A DNA stretch of 64,000 nt from contig NC_073382.1 in NCBI RefSeq assembly GCF_028641065.1, positions 23,312,001 through 23,376,000 on the forward strand. Direction: 5' to 3'. Shown piece after piece: positions 1 to 12,465 of this stretch. A program made the position numbers and the translations under genes. The notes under the pieces are model-generated. The model had not been told where the DNA came from. It was given only the letters and a program-made list of their open reading frames with translations, and did no database searches. Numbering within the stretch: the first letter of the stretch is position 1; every line of letters starts with the position of its first letter. Origin of the DNA: Leucoraja erinacea. Lineage: Eukaryota.

Positions 1-589
1 GTTGACATTTAACTTTCAAGCATTAGCCCAAAATCCCATACTCTTCCAAAAAACGAATGTCTGATTATATATCACACTACTGTTGATACTGTGTAAAATT
101 CATTTCAACACATTCTGTATTACTGCAATAATCACACTTTAAAGTACATCATTGGTTCTGAAGTACTTCATGAATTTTGTTCATGCACTATATAAGTAGT
201 GTTGCTTTTTTTCACCAACAGTTTTTTCCCCTCATGAGATATGTGTTTTTAATAGCTTATGGTGCTTGGTAGTTTAAACAACTGACCTGTAAACTACTTT
301 ACTGGACAATTTATGATTTAGAATTATCCTGCACATGACCAAATTTGTGCTGCCTTGTTTGGTTAATGATTTATAAGTTAATTTTACAAAGCATGGAAGT
401 CTGAAATTAAGGACACTTTGATGTTGCTACCAGATATGAAAATGTTTATGACAAACTCCTGACTCTAAATGAAGGAAAATATATATTTTTAGACAATGTT
501 TAGTCCACTGCATTTAGTATCAGTGAGTGTTCTTGCCTCCAAAATTTGACGCATGAATGGAGTAAAGAGGAGTGATGGAGGACCAGACC

Positions 590-1197
590 CTTGCCTTCAT
601 ACATGCATTCATCTTTTCCCGCCTTGACTACTCCAATTCCCTATACACTGGCATCAGCCAATCATCCTTGTCCCGTCTGCAACTGGTCCAAAACGCCGCA
701 GCAACACATCTGACAAGTAACCGTAAAAGGGACCACATCACCCCGATCCTGGCCTCTCTCCACTGGCTCCCAGTACGGTATACAATCAATTTCAAGCTCC
801 TCCTATTCGTTTACAAAGCCCTTAATGGGCTTGCCCCCCCCCAGATCAAAAATCTACTAACCAACCATTCTACCTCCAGATCTCTCAGGTCGGCCGACTT
901 GGGGCTACGGACTATCCCGCGGTGTAGGTTTAAGCTCAGGGGCGACCGCGCTTTTGCTGTGGAATAGCATCCCGCTCCTCATCAGAACTGCCCCCACCAT
1001 TGACTCCTTTAAGTCACGACTCAAAACCTATTTCTACTCCCAAGCGTTTTTGAGCCCCTCTGAGGGGGCACTGTAAACAGTTCATGTATGTATTGTTAGG
1101 TCTGTCTACTGTTGTATGTATCAAATTAGTACCTGCACTGATGTGAAGCACTTTGGTTAACGTGAGTTGTTTTTAAACATGCTATACAAATATTTTA

Positions 1198-1262
<65 letters not shown>
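590..1262 (+). mobile_element. L2-clade LINE 3' fragment with (ATT)n tail
   Basis: ORF with SRLDYSNSL...LQLVQNAAA...HITPILASLHWLPV...GDRAF, typical of the L2 ORF2 C-terminus, followed by an ATT microsatellite at about 1196-1262. Confidence 0.85.
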
Positions 1263-4200
1263 TTATTTTTTTGACACTCCTGCAGCAAATGGTGGTTGTT
1301 GATGAAGCCTTTATATCTACTTGGGCAACTTCAAGGACAATTAGAGCCACTATTCTGTGGGTCAGAATCACATGCAGTTCAGCAATGGATGTCCTTCCAT
1401 CAGAGACTTTGGTGAACCATATTGTTTTTGCAATAATCCAATAGTTTCATAGCCGCAAAATCAATATGACTTTTATTCCATGTTTTTTTTTTTTAACTAA
1501 TCTGAATCTAAATTCCCCAAGTGCCAAGTTGGAATTTGAACTTGTTTTTGAATCATTAACTTAGTTATTATTCCAGTAATTTAACTGCTGCTTATTCTGC
1601 CATCCACTTGAAGAATAATATTTACTTTGTGAACACATTATTATGCAAAAGCATAATTATAATAAATAATCCTAAATAGAAGCAACTTGTTTTCACTTTT
1701 GGATTATGGTTTTAGTCACTTACAAATTAAAAAAAAGACTAATCCAATTTTTGTAATTAAATTATTTGCTGCATTTCACCACATTGTATTTTAGTGTAGT
1801 CATGAATATTTGCAGACTTGCAGTCTGCTTATCCTCAAATTGCAATGGTTGCAACACCTATTGCACACATGCCCTTGGGTTATGGCAGGCACATATCTGT
1901 ACATACAATCTTGAATGCCTGTAACAAGCATGAAGTTAATTTCCCTCAAAAAATTCAATAGGTTTTCCTATATAATTTAATGTAGGAAACCCCATTAAAA
2001 GGTTGAGCTATTAGAAACCATTAGAACTATGCATTTGAGAAATTAGCACAATTAATCCATAACGATGTAATACTGCCTGTTATTTGTACGAAAGAGCTAC
2101 AAAATGCTATAATGGATCCGCTGCATTGGGCAAAAAGTATATAAAATGATCCATTATCCCAAATGCTTTTTGCTGTGTAGTCCTAACGTGGCACATTTCT
2201 GAAAAGCTTAGCATTGGTTTACTGGAACTATGATCTTCAAACATGCCTCACTGTGAATAAATATTGTCATATTATTTTCTGTATCATGTTTACATCTGAT
2301 ACAATTGCGGATATTAGTTTAGAAACGTTTGGTGTTTCCTACTCTTACTTCTTCTTCTGCATTTACAGTAAAGATCATTTTGAAATGGTCTGTGTTTAAA
2401 CAATGCCTTTGAAGAAAAAGTATTCATTTTTGTGCAAAATAAGGGGGAAATAACTTGCAATTTTGAGGGAAAATTCAATGTTCCATGCTTGGAATTGAAT
2501 GACCTTTCCTTTTTGTAGGTGTGTGATAGTTTTTTTTTAAATGTATAATATTCTTTTTATTTCAAAATAGTCAGCAGTCATGCCTCTGAGCCAAATAAAA
2601 GATGTGTATCTCACTCTAAGTAACTGGGCTGGTTTTTCACAGCAATATTGAGTAATTGAATAGGGTACAGTACAACATCACATGGATGTATATTCTGTTT
2701 TGCCAGGGAGCTTGAACCACTCTTCAGATGGGATGTTAAATGAAAACTTCATCTGTTTGTTCTGGCAATTTATATGAACCTGAAAGATTCCATCAAAAAC
2801 ATGCTAGCTGACTATTTAAATTATTATTATTTTTCAGATCTTGTGATTCTCAAATGACTGCTCCTTTTGCTCCTCTGAATCACTGTACTTCAAAGTAATT
2901 CAATGCATGTGAATTTGCCCTAAAATGTTATCGCATACATGTAATCAGAATATAAATATCTATCTGTTCTATTTTGGGGCGATTCCACGAATTTTGTGTG
3001 GATTTAAAAAAAAAAGACATTAGCTGTAGGTTCCGTAGTTCTGTCTGCTTTCATGAAAAAAGCAATTGTGACTGTGGAATGTAATCAGATTCACCAGCCC
3101 AATAAGTAACTGAATAATAATAATACAGGTACCAACTAAAACTCAATCTTGCTGAGTATTTCCTTAGAATTGTGTTGGAAATAGTGATGGGTTTCCAAGA
3201 CATGATAAGCATAACAATTTGGAAAAAAAAACATAATGCAAGGTGTGCTACTCTCTTTAATGATATGAGAAATAAAATGTTATTAGCAAATAGTAAGATC
3301 ATCTCAGCACAATTCATCAGCATGAATGATGTGCAATGTATGTTCTGTAAGGCAAGCCGCTTGCTTTTCTAAACAGATTCATAGCACATTTAACTCAGAG
3401 TTGTTATTCTGAAATCTAGGAGATAGTCTCCAAATCTGTGTAAAATTTCTTCCAACGTGCTGAAGCAAGAATTAAATATTCTAGACATACCCACCAGGTC
3501 TGCTAGGATCTGTGAAAAGGGTTAATATTTTGTAATAATTCAGAGGAAGGGAAAAGTATGGAACACAAAAGGGAAAGTTTCAATTCTAACATATCTCAGT
3601 TCTGATGAAAAGACAATAACTAATCTGTTAATGACGTTTCACTCTCCATAGTTGCTACTGAGCAGGTCCAGCATTTTCTGTTTGTGTCCCGGATGTTTAG
3701 TATCTGCTGTATTTTGTTTTTTAATAAATGTTTAAGAAACAGTGACACCCACATTGAGTGAATTAAGTAGCAATTTCTATGCATAGCTGAGAGGGGGGAG
3801 TAGACAGAAGACTGTTCAAAAGTAGAATCTCAATGCGGAGAAGGTATATTCAGGATAGCATGCAGACTCTGAATCCACTCATTCAAAGTCCATAAAATCT
3901 CTGTATAAATAGTGGAACCACCTCACTCACTACCCATCCGCAAGTGATTCCTACCCTATATTTGGGAGAGTCTGTAGTTCCAGCATTGGCCTCATTAGCC
4001 ACCTTAAAACAGAAGGTTTTAAGGCTGCTCTTGAAAAGGAGGCGCAGTCGTCTTTCTTACAGTTTGGCTTTCTTCCCAACCAATTGTTCAAGCGCTTTTG
4101 ATTGCAACATGCGCCTTAATTTAGTTCAACAAAGAAACTGACAAGTTACTAAAGAACAAGTTATCTTCTCAGTCTGAAAGGACCATCTAGGAAGACAGCA

Positions 4201-4661
4201 GCAAGGGCATGCTTGGACAATTAGATTTTTTTTCTTTGGAAAGTTAGAGACTAAGGAACGATCTGATAGTATATAAAATTATGAAAGGCTTAGTTACGGT
4301 AGATGGTAATTTTTGCCCCCCAGAATCGAAATGTCAAATACTACAGGGTATAAGATAGGAGGGGAACATTTAAAGGAGGTGTGCGGGGCAAGGTTGTGTA
4401 CATAAAGAGAATGGTGCCAAAGTGGAAATGATTGAGAGGTTCAAGTTCCTTCAGAAGTTCATCACTGGATGTATAGAACTTTGCACATTTTTAGAGACCA
4501 TTGAAGCCATTGTGAAAATGTGCCTTAAAAATCTTCAAGCTCCATCTCCACATCACACTGCCTCCAAAAAGCAGTCAGCATAATCAAAGACTTGTCCCAT
4601 TATGGTTATTCCTTCTACTGCTCCTGATGAACAGAAGGTACAGATGCTTGAATGTGCAAAC

Positions 4662-5503
4662 AATAGACAATAGGTACAGAAGTAGGTCATTCGGCCCTTC
4701 AAGCCAGCACCGCCATTTAATGTGATCATGGCTGATCATCCCCAATCAGTACCCTGTTCCTGCCTTCTCCCTATATTCCCTGACTCAGCTACTTTTAAGA
4801 GCCCTATCCAGCTCTCTCTTGAAAGTATCCAGAGAACAGGCTTCCACCGCCGTCTCAGGCAGAAAATTCCACACTCACAACTCTCTGGGTGAAAGTCTCC
4901 GTTCTAAATGGCTTACCCATTATTCTTAAACTCTGGTCCCTGGTTCTGGACTCCCCCAACATCGGGACCATCTTTCCCGCCTCTAGCGTGTCCAAACCCT
5001 TAATAATCTTATATGTTTCAATAAGATATCCTCTCATCCTTCTAAATACCAGAGAATATAAGCCCTGCCTTCCTGTTTTTGCTACCAAAGTGGATAACCT
5101 CACATTTATCCACAAACTGCATCTACCATGCATCTGCCCACTCACCCAACCTGGCCAAGTCACCCTGCATTCTCATAGCATTCTCATCACAGTTCACACT
5201 GCCACCCAGCTTTGTGCCATCTGCAAATTTGCTAATGTTACTTTGAATCCCTTCATTTAAATCATTGATGTATATTGTAAATAGCTGCGGTCCCAGCACC
5301 AAGCCTTGCGATACCCCACTAGGCACTGCCTGCCACTCTGAAAGAGACCCGTTAATTCCTCCCCTTTGTTTCCTGTCTGCCAACCAATTTTCTATCCATG
5401 TCAGCACTCTACCCCCAATACCATGTGCCCTAATTTTGCCCACTATTCTCCTATGGAGGACCTTATCAAATGCTTTCTGAAAGTCCAGGTACACTACATC
5501 CAC
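4662..5503 (-). mobile_element. CR1-clade LINE (HER1-like) 3' fragment, internally deleted
   Basis: RT motifs VYLDFQKAFDKV, GVSQGLVLGP, KFADGTKLGG. Shares the CR1 3' tail seen throughout the window. Lacks an internal segment present in the copy at 31600-32693. Confidence 0.9.
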
Positions 5504-5504
5504 T

Positions 5505-5960
5505 TGAAATTAACGGTGCCAATGGCCACCTAACGTCCCGCCGGGCAAACTAAAAGTCATGTAATTTTGCCCGGCTTGGCAAGCACCCGGGACACCTGCC
5601 GTTTAACTCTGAGCGGACCCCCCTCTCTATCTCTCTCTGTCACTCTCCGCCCGCCATCCGTGTCCGGGCAGCCGGGCTCCGCTTTATGATCTTTCGCCGG
5701 GTTTCGGTTCTCTGTCTCCGCTCTCCGCCCGCTCCTCATCCGCCGGCACCGGCGGCCACCATGCACATGCGCACTGCCACGGCCTGCACATCTTCCCCCT
5801 GCACATGCGCACAACCACGGCCAGCACATCATCGGCCGCCCTGCACATGCGCACTGCCATGGCAACTGGTTGGTGCCGGGCACTTTCTCCCTCCCACCAT
5901 TGCTGTCCAGTCGCCGCCTCGCCGCGACCGCTGAAAACCAACGCAAAATCACTCCCTGGA
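5505..5960. mobile_element. GC-rich unclassified repeat, possibly a DNA-transposon fragment
   Basis: Abrupt CpG-rich block between two retroelement fragments, with internal repeats of TGCACATGCGCAC. No credible protein. Confidence 0.35.
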
Positions 5961-7399
5961 GTAACTCTTGCTTCTTGGTATCCTGGTCCTCCAAAAATAT
6001 TCTAAATGGAATTTAAACTGGAGGTGTTGGAGGGTCCATCACCAAACTCCAAACGTCTGAAGAAGGGTTTCGGCCCGAAACGTTGCCTATTTCCTTCGCT
6101 CCATAGATGCTGCTGCAGCCGCTGAGTTTCTCCAGTACCTTCTGAACAATAACAGCCTATTACACTTTATCTGTTTATTTATTGTGTGTATATATATGAT
6201 CTATGGTATATAAACACACTGAAATTTTATCTCCTGTTCTGTATTATGTTTATATATTCTGTTGTGCTGCAGCAAGCAAGAATTTCATTGTACTATCTGG
6301 GACACATGACAATAAAACTCTCTTGACTCTTGACTTGCTTAAGCAAAAAAGAGTTCTTGGGGGGAAAAAAGAGTTACCTTAAATTTAGTAGCGTCTGGCT
6401 GGGTAACTATGGTAGGTGAAGAATATTCCATGCTTTAATTGTATGGGGGATCTCCATGGATCAGCCAGCATCTCTGGATAGAAGAAATTGGGTAACGTTT
6501 CGGGTAGAGACCCTTCTTTAGACTCCCTCTGGTTTTAGTTTAATTTAAAGATACAGCGTGGAAACAGGCTCTTCGGCCTACCGTGTCCACGCCGACCACC
6601 GTTCACCCATACACTAGTTCTATCGCACACATTAGCAACGTAAGTCAAGAGTGCTTTATTCTCTCACGTCCCAGTTAGAACAATGAAATCCTTACTTGCA
6701 GCAGCACAACAGAATATGTAAACATAGTACTCTGTAAACAATGTTATAAATGAGGAAACAAAACAGTGTATATTTATATATGAATATATAACTATACAAA
6801 TATATATGTGTGTGTGTGTGTACAATATATATATACCCACACACGCACACACAATTTCCCTCTTGGGATTAATAAAGTTCTATCGTATAGTATCGGCTGT
6901 GCAGGAAGGAACTGCAGATGCTGTTTAAACTGAAGATAGACACAAAAAGGTGGAATAACTCAACAGGTCAGACAGAATCTCTGGACAAAAGGAAAATATT
7001 ACCTTTTGGGTTGGGTCTGAAAAAGGTTCCTGCACACCTTTGGAATGTGGAAGGAAACAAGAGCACTCGGAGAAAACCCATGCGATCAAAGGGAAAAGGA
7101 GCAAACCATACAGACAGCACCCATATTCAGGATCAATTCTGGGTCTCTGGCACTTTTAGGCAGCAACTTTATGGCCAATGTACTGCCCCATAGTCTTGAA
7201 CTGAATTAAAACATAGGGTAGCTGTAAAGGGGAACAATAGCGTCACTTAGAGATTTAAGACTGAAAATGGATAGTTTCTTATTTTTAATAACCAAAGTTA
7301 TTAACGTATAATTTTTTGAGTGTAGGGAAACAAAACGGTGCTGGCTCAAAGGGCCGAATGGCCTCCTCCTGCACCTATTTTCCATGTTTTCTAAAATAT

Positions 7400-7622
7400 T
7401 GTGGCACAGCTGGTAGACTTGCTGCCTCACACGCCAGAGATCTGTGTTCGATCCTGTCCTCGGGCACTGTCTGTGTTGAATTTGCACATTCTCCCTGCAA
7501 GGGTGTGGGTTTCCTCCCACATCCCAAAGACGCATTGGCTTTTTAGGTTAAGTTATCTCTGTAAAATTGCCTATAATCTGTAGGGAGTGGGTGAGGAAAG
7601 TGGGATAACAGCTTGATGTGAA
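7400..7622 (+). mobile_element. tRNA-derived SINE (HE1/V-SINE-like)
   Basis: A-box-like TGGCACAGCTGG, B-box-like GTTCGATCC, and central GTCTGTGTTGAATTTGCACATTCTCCC...CTCCCACATCCCAAAGAC. Related copies recur on the minus strand. Confidence 0.7.
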
Positions 7623-7625
7623 TGG

Positions 7626-8073
7626 ATAGACAAAAATGCTGGAGAAACTCAGCGGGTGAGGCAGCATCAATGGAGCGAAGGAAATAGGCGACGTTTCGGG
7701 TCAAGACCCTTCTTCAGACTGATGTGAGGGGGGGGGGGGGGGGGGGGGGGGGGGAGGAAGATAGGAAGAGGCAGAGACTGGGCTGAGGGAGAGCTGGGAA
7801 GGGGAGGAGAAAGCAGGGCCTACCTGAAATTGGAGAAGTCAATGTTCATACAGCTGGGGTGTAAACTGCCTAAGCAAAATATGAGGTGCTGCTCCTCCAA
7901 TTTACAGTGGGCCTCACTCTGGCCATGGAGGAGGCTCAGGACAGAAAGGTCGGATTCGGAATGGGAGAGGGAGTTGAAGTGCTGAGCCACTGGGAGATCA
8001 GGTTGGTTATTGTGAACCGAGCGGAGGTGTTGGGCGAAGCGATTGCCTAGCCTACGCTTGGTCTCACTGATGT
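7626..8073 (-). mobile_element. Penelope-like element 3' part (GIY-YIG C-terminus + terminal repeat)
   Basis: YISETKRRLGNRFAQHLRSV...PVAQHFN...LEEQHLIFCLGSLHPSCMN followed by the shared terminal repeat. Confidence 0.85.
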
Positions 8074-8079
8074 ATGTAT

Positions 8080-9800
8080 GATCACTGGTCATCAATGATC
8101 TGGATGAAGGAGTGGTAAATTGGATTAGTAAGTATGCAGATGATACCAAGATAGGGGGTGTTGTGGATAATGAAGAGGATTTCTAAAGTCTACAGAGTGA
8201 TTTAGACCATTTGGAAGAATGGGCTGAAAGATGGCAGATGGAGTTTAATGCTGATAAATGTGAGGTGCTACACCTTGGCAGGACAAATCAAAATAGGACG
8301 TACATGGTAAATGGTAGGGAATTGAAGAATGCAGTTGAACAGAGGGATCTGGGAATAACCGTGCATAGTTCCTTGAAGGTGGAATCTCATATAGATAGGG
8401 TGGTAAAGAAAGCTTTTGGTATGCTAGCCTTTATAAATCAGAGCATTGAGTATAGAAGCTGGGATGTAATGTTAAAATTGTACAAGGCATTAATGAGACC
8501 AAATCTGGAGTATGGTGTACAATTTTGGTCGCCCAATTATAGGAAGGATGTCAATAAAATAGAGAGAGTACAAAGGAGATTTACTAGAATGTTGCCTGGG
8601 TTTCAACAACTAAGTTACAGAGAAAGGTTGAATAAGTTAGGTCTTTATTCTCTGGAGATCAGAAGGTTAAGGGGGGACGATAGAGGTCCTTAAAATGATG
8701 AGAGGGATAGACAGAGTTGATGTGGACAAGCTATCGAACACTTGTGAAGTGTCTTTGGAACATATAGTCCTTTCCGCTGCCTCCTAGAACATTTCAAATG
8801 AACAACTGTCAGCTCTCAAAATAAAAAAACCCAACAACAGAGACATGGAATAATTCAGAAAATGCACTGGTCACACTTGGCTGAGTGGTATGTATGTAAA
8901 TACTATGCAGCACTACAGTCAAAACAATTAATGCATTTGTGTGAAGATAGACACTGATTGAATAGCAGTGCTGGCTCGAAGGGCCAAATGGCCTATTACA
9001 GCACCTATTGTCTATTGTCATAAAAAGCTGGAGTAACTCAGCGGGACAGGCAGCATCTCTGGAGAGAAGGAATGGGTGATGTTTTGGGTCGAGAACCTTC
9101 TTCAGAGATGCTCCAGCTTTTTGTGTCTATCTTCAGTTTAAACCAGCATCTGCAGTTCCTTCTTAAAAAATGCATTTGTGTGATTCAGCTCAATTTTATT
9201 TGATCGACTGTTTCCTCTTAGGGCTGGTATCTATCTGAGAAACACAACTACTGATTTACCATGTGCCCCAATGCATTGACATGGCATTTCTCATTGTTGT
9301 AGGAAGAAGGGTCTCGACCCGAAATGTCACCCATTCCTTCTATCTAGAGATGCTGCCTGTCTATCTTTGACATATCTCATTTATCTGCGAACCCTTGTGT
9401 GATTGCAATGCTGATCCATTATCTGCCAATAAAACTGCAAATATCACGAGGATGATGTGGACAGAGTTGATGTGGACAAGCTTTTCCCTTTGAGAATAGG
9501 GAAGATTCAAACAAGAGGACATGACTTCAGAATTAAGGGACAGAAGTTTAGGGGTAACATGAGGGGGAACTTCTTTACTCAGAGAGTGGTAGCGGTGTGG
9601 AATGAGCTTCCAGTGGAAGTGGTGGAGGCAGGTTCATTGGTATCATTTAAAAATAAATTGGATAGGCATATTGATGAGAAGGGAATGGAGGGTTATGGTA
9701 TGATTGCAGGCAGGTGGGACTAAAGGAAAATAATTGTACGGCACGGACTTGTAGGGCCGAGATGGCCTGTTTCCGTGTTGTAATTGTTATATGGTTATAT
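8080..9800 (+). mobile_element. CR1 LINE 3' portion nested in the Penelope-like element, itself interrupted at 8733-9459
   Basis: KYADDTK motif, WQMEFNADKCEVLHLG, RPNLEYGVQFWSP (8211-8693). Resumes as DRVDVDKLFP...NFFTQRVVAVWN (9457-9723). Confidence 0.9.
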
Positions 9801-10432
9801 GTAGAGCAGCTGGCACCTAGAGCAGTAGATGCAATAGGTGAGGTTGGAGGAGATGCAGGTGAACCTCTGTCACCCCTGGAAAGACGGCTCGGATCCTTGA
9901 ATGGAGTCAAGGGTAGAAGTAAAGTGACAAGTGTAGCATTTCCTGCGGTTGCAAGGGAAAGTGCCAGGAAAGGGGGTGGTTTGGGTGGGAAGGGCCGAAT
10001 TGACCAGGGAGTTACGGAGGGGGTAGTCTATGCAGAAAGCCGACAGGGGAGGAGATGGGAAGATGTGATTAGTGGTGGGATCCCATTGGTAGGCAAAAAA
10101 GCTGGAGAAAGAAAGGAAGAGGCGGAGACAATAGGCTGTGGGAAAGCTGGGAATGGGAGGGGAAGGAGAGAGAAAGCAAGGACTACCTGAAAATTGGAGA
10201 AGCCAATGTTCATATCGCTGGGGGTAAACTACCCAAGTGAAATATGAAGTGCTGTTCCTCCAATTTGCAGTGGGCCTCACTCTGGCCATGGAGGAGGGCC
10301 AGGTCAGAAAGGTCAGTTTCGGAATGGGAGGGGGAATTGAAGTGCTGAGCCACTGGGAGATCAGGTTGGTTATTGCAAACTAAGTGGAGGTGTTGTGCGA
10401 AGCATTCGCCAAGCCTGCGCTTGGTCTCACCG
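9800..10432 (-). mobile_element. Penelope-like element fragments (continuation plus second tandem 3' piece)
   Basis: PGTFPCNRRKCYTCHFT linker zinc-finger (9870-10090) and a second GETKRRL...LEEQHFIFHLGSL copy (10190-10432). Confidence 0.8.
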
Positions 10433-10433
10433 A

Positions 10434-10817
10434 GGTTGATCATTCGCTGAATAATCCAACCACATTTTTGTTTGGAAGTGGAAAGAAATAATAGAAATTG
10501 CATTCATTGCAACGTGTACAAAGAGTTGAGATACTGTATTATAATTTTGCTGCATGTGATTGTGGTATATATCATGTCTTGATTGGTGAATATGTTTAGA
10601 TTGTGACTTTATTTGAAGCAGAAATAATATGTTAAGCAGAATAATATGCTTCATTGAGCATAATTCCGACTGGTAACTATGCACTTCATCCGAGCACATT
10701 ATCGCATGCGTCATGCAAGCCGCTTTAAATGACCACCTAAACTGTCATTTGGCAACCTAAAAAGCTGCCAAGGTTGCCAGGCTGACAACAGAGAAAAAAA
10801 GTTAAGTGAGAGCCCCG
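10434..10817 (-). mobile_element. Possible hAT-like DNA transposon end
   Basis: Minus strand starts CGGGGCTCTCACTTAAC, resembling CAGGG-type termini, with GGCAACC/GGTTGCC subterminal motifs. Second end not seen. Confidence 0.35.
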
Positions 10818-11012
10818 ATTCTGCCATGCTTCTGCCCACTCACCCAACCTGTCCAAGTCACCCTGCAGCGTCATAGCATCCTCCTCGCAGCTCACACTGC
10901 CACCCAACTTTGTGTCATCCACAAACTTGGAGATGTTACATTTAATTCCCTCGCCTAAGTCATTAATATATATTGTAAATACCTGGGGTCCCAGCGGCAC
11001 CCCACTAGTCAC
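10818..11012 (-). mobile_element. CR1 RT fragment
   Basis: VTSGVP...FTIYINDLGEGIKCNISKFVDDTKLGG. Confidence 0.85.
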
Positions 11013-11489
11013 TGCATTTATTGCTGGCTTTGATTTGTCCTTTTGCATACCTTTCATTCATTTGTTCTCTGTACCTTTTGATATCTCTCGTTTCCCTCTC
11101 CCCTACCTCTCTGCCTGAAAAAAGGGTCTTAACCCGAAACGTCAAGTATTCCTTTTTCTCCGAGAGGCGATGCTTGACCCGCTGAGTTACTCCAGCGTTT
11201 AGTGTCTAGTGTTTACCTTCGGCGTAAACCAGCACCTGTAGTTCCTTCCTACACACCTGTAGTAAATTGTTGGTATAGGAAGAATGCCTGTGTTGTTCTG
11301 TGTACATGGACACAGGTGGTGAGGGACGAGGAAGGTTTCTGTAGCATTTCGCGGTGGACAACAATAGTATCACAATATATTTTCAAAGAGCCGTGAGGGC
11401 GGGCAATCTGTACAACAGGTAGTCGAGCTGTGGGTTGAATGGAGTTTGGTGTCATCTTGTCGATAATGAGATTTGATGCTGGGTGGATT

Positions 11490-11970
11490 ATCAGAGCTCG
11501 CCCTTGGATCCTCCCCTGCCCCGCGTTGATTAGACGTCTGGCCCATCAGTCGGGAAGAGGAAGCCTCTGAATTGGAGAGGCCGGGTGCCAGTCAAACGCA
11601 GCCCGCGGAGGGAAGGAGGGAGGGCGAGATAGCAAAGTGCGGGAATGTTTTAGACGCTCGCCGGGGCCACTGAGAGCGGGAGCTGTGGTTGCGACAGATG
11701 CTGCTCCCTCGCCCGGACAGAGGTGTCCAGTTGATGTGTAGAAGTCCCCTAACGCTCCGCGTACCCCAATGACCAGCAGAGTCTTGCCGGGCAACCTGGG
11801 CGCCGACCAGCCCGTCTTCACGCAGCTCAGGTCGGTGAGCATGAACTCGGAGGAGCAGGCGGCGATGTACGGGGTCATGAAGAGTCCCGCGGCGGGGATG
11901 TCGGCGGTCGATGAGCTGGCCCAGGTACGGCTCCAGAGGGCAGGGCACACTTCCCCGGACACCAACCACA
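11490..11970 (+). promoter_or_regulatory. CpG island / promoter and 5'UTR of the KLF5-like gene
   Basis: Local GC- and CpG-rich block around the start codon in an AT-rich background. Contains an ATTGG (reverse CCAAT) near 11571 and GGAGGG/GGGCG-type boxes at 11607-11626. TSS not determinable. Confidence 0.7.
11769..11924 (+). CDS. KLF5: KLF5-like coding exon 1 (MTSRVLPGNLGADQPVFTQL...DELAQ)
   Basis: ATG in a CpG island. Peptide resembles the human KLF5 N-terminus (MATRVL...DEPVFAQL...EDLVQ). Donor CAG|GTACGG gives phase 0, matching exon 2. Confidence 0.88.
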
Positions 11971-12011
11971 CTTGTACATACTCCAACACACATTTCCAAT
12001 GTCGCGTAACG

Positions 12012-12465
12012 CTGTAGCCAGGCATTTAGTGCTTTGTAGCCAACCTTTTAAAACATACATATGTAGTAGTCAGCCTTCATGAATACTTTGGAGCCAACTT
12101 TCTTAAGTGCTTTGTCACCAGCTTTCATACTCTGTCGCCAGTTTACTTTCTTGTAGCTAGCTTTTCAAATACTTTATAGCCAGCCTTTTTTAAATACTCT
12201 AGTTTAATTTCATGCTCTGTAGCTAGCTTTTTAAATACTCTGTGGCTAGTCTTTTTTAAATACTCGGCAGCCTGTTTTCTTTCAAACTCCAGCTAGCCTT
12301 TTAAGTACCCTGTCGCCAGCTTTCGTTCATACTCTTTAGACAATTTTCGTTCATACTCTGTAACCAGCCTTTTTAAATACTCTAGCCAGCTTTATCCATG
12401 TTCTCCAGATACCGCCTGAGTTACTCCAGAACACTCTTTTTTGAGAACTTTGCAGCCAGTCTTTA
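12012..12465 (+). repeat. Degenerate minisatellite, ~20-26 bp unit TGTAGCCAGC(T)nAAATACTC
   Basis: Roughly 15 imperfect tandem copies read directly, starting about 90 bp after the exon 1 donor. Confidence 0.75.

Noticed and set aside
5557-6005. Overlapping Arg/Cys/Pro-rich ORFs (likewise 45559-46245)
   Set aside because: Low-complexity translations of GC-rich repeats, open in several frames at once.
7400-7475. tRNA gene
   Set aside because: Only A/B-box remnants, continuing directly into a SINE body. No complete cloverleaf.
11546-12025. Antisense ORFs over KLF5 exon 1
   Set aside because: Expected stop-poor shadows of a GC-rich island, with no recognisable domain.
12012-12465. CRISPR-like array
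   Set aside because: Units are degenerate and abut one another without unique spacers. There are no cas genes and the context is vertebrate.
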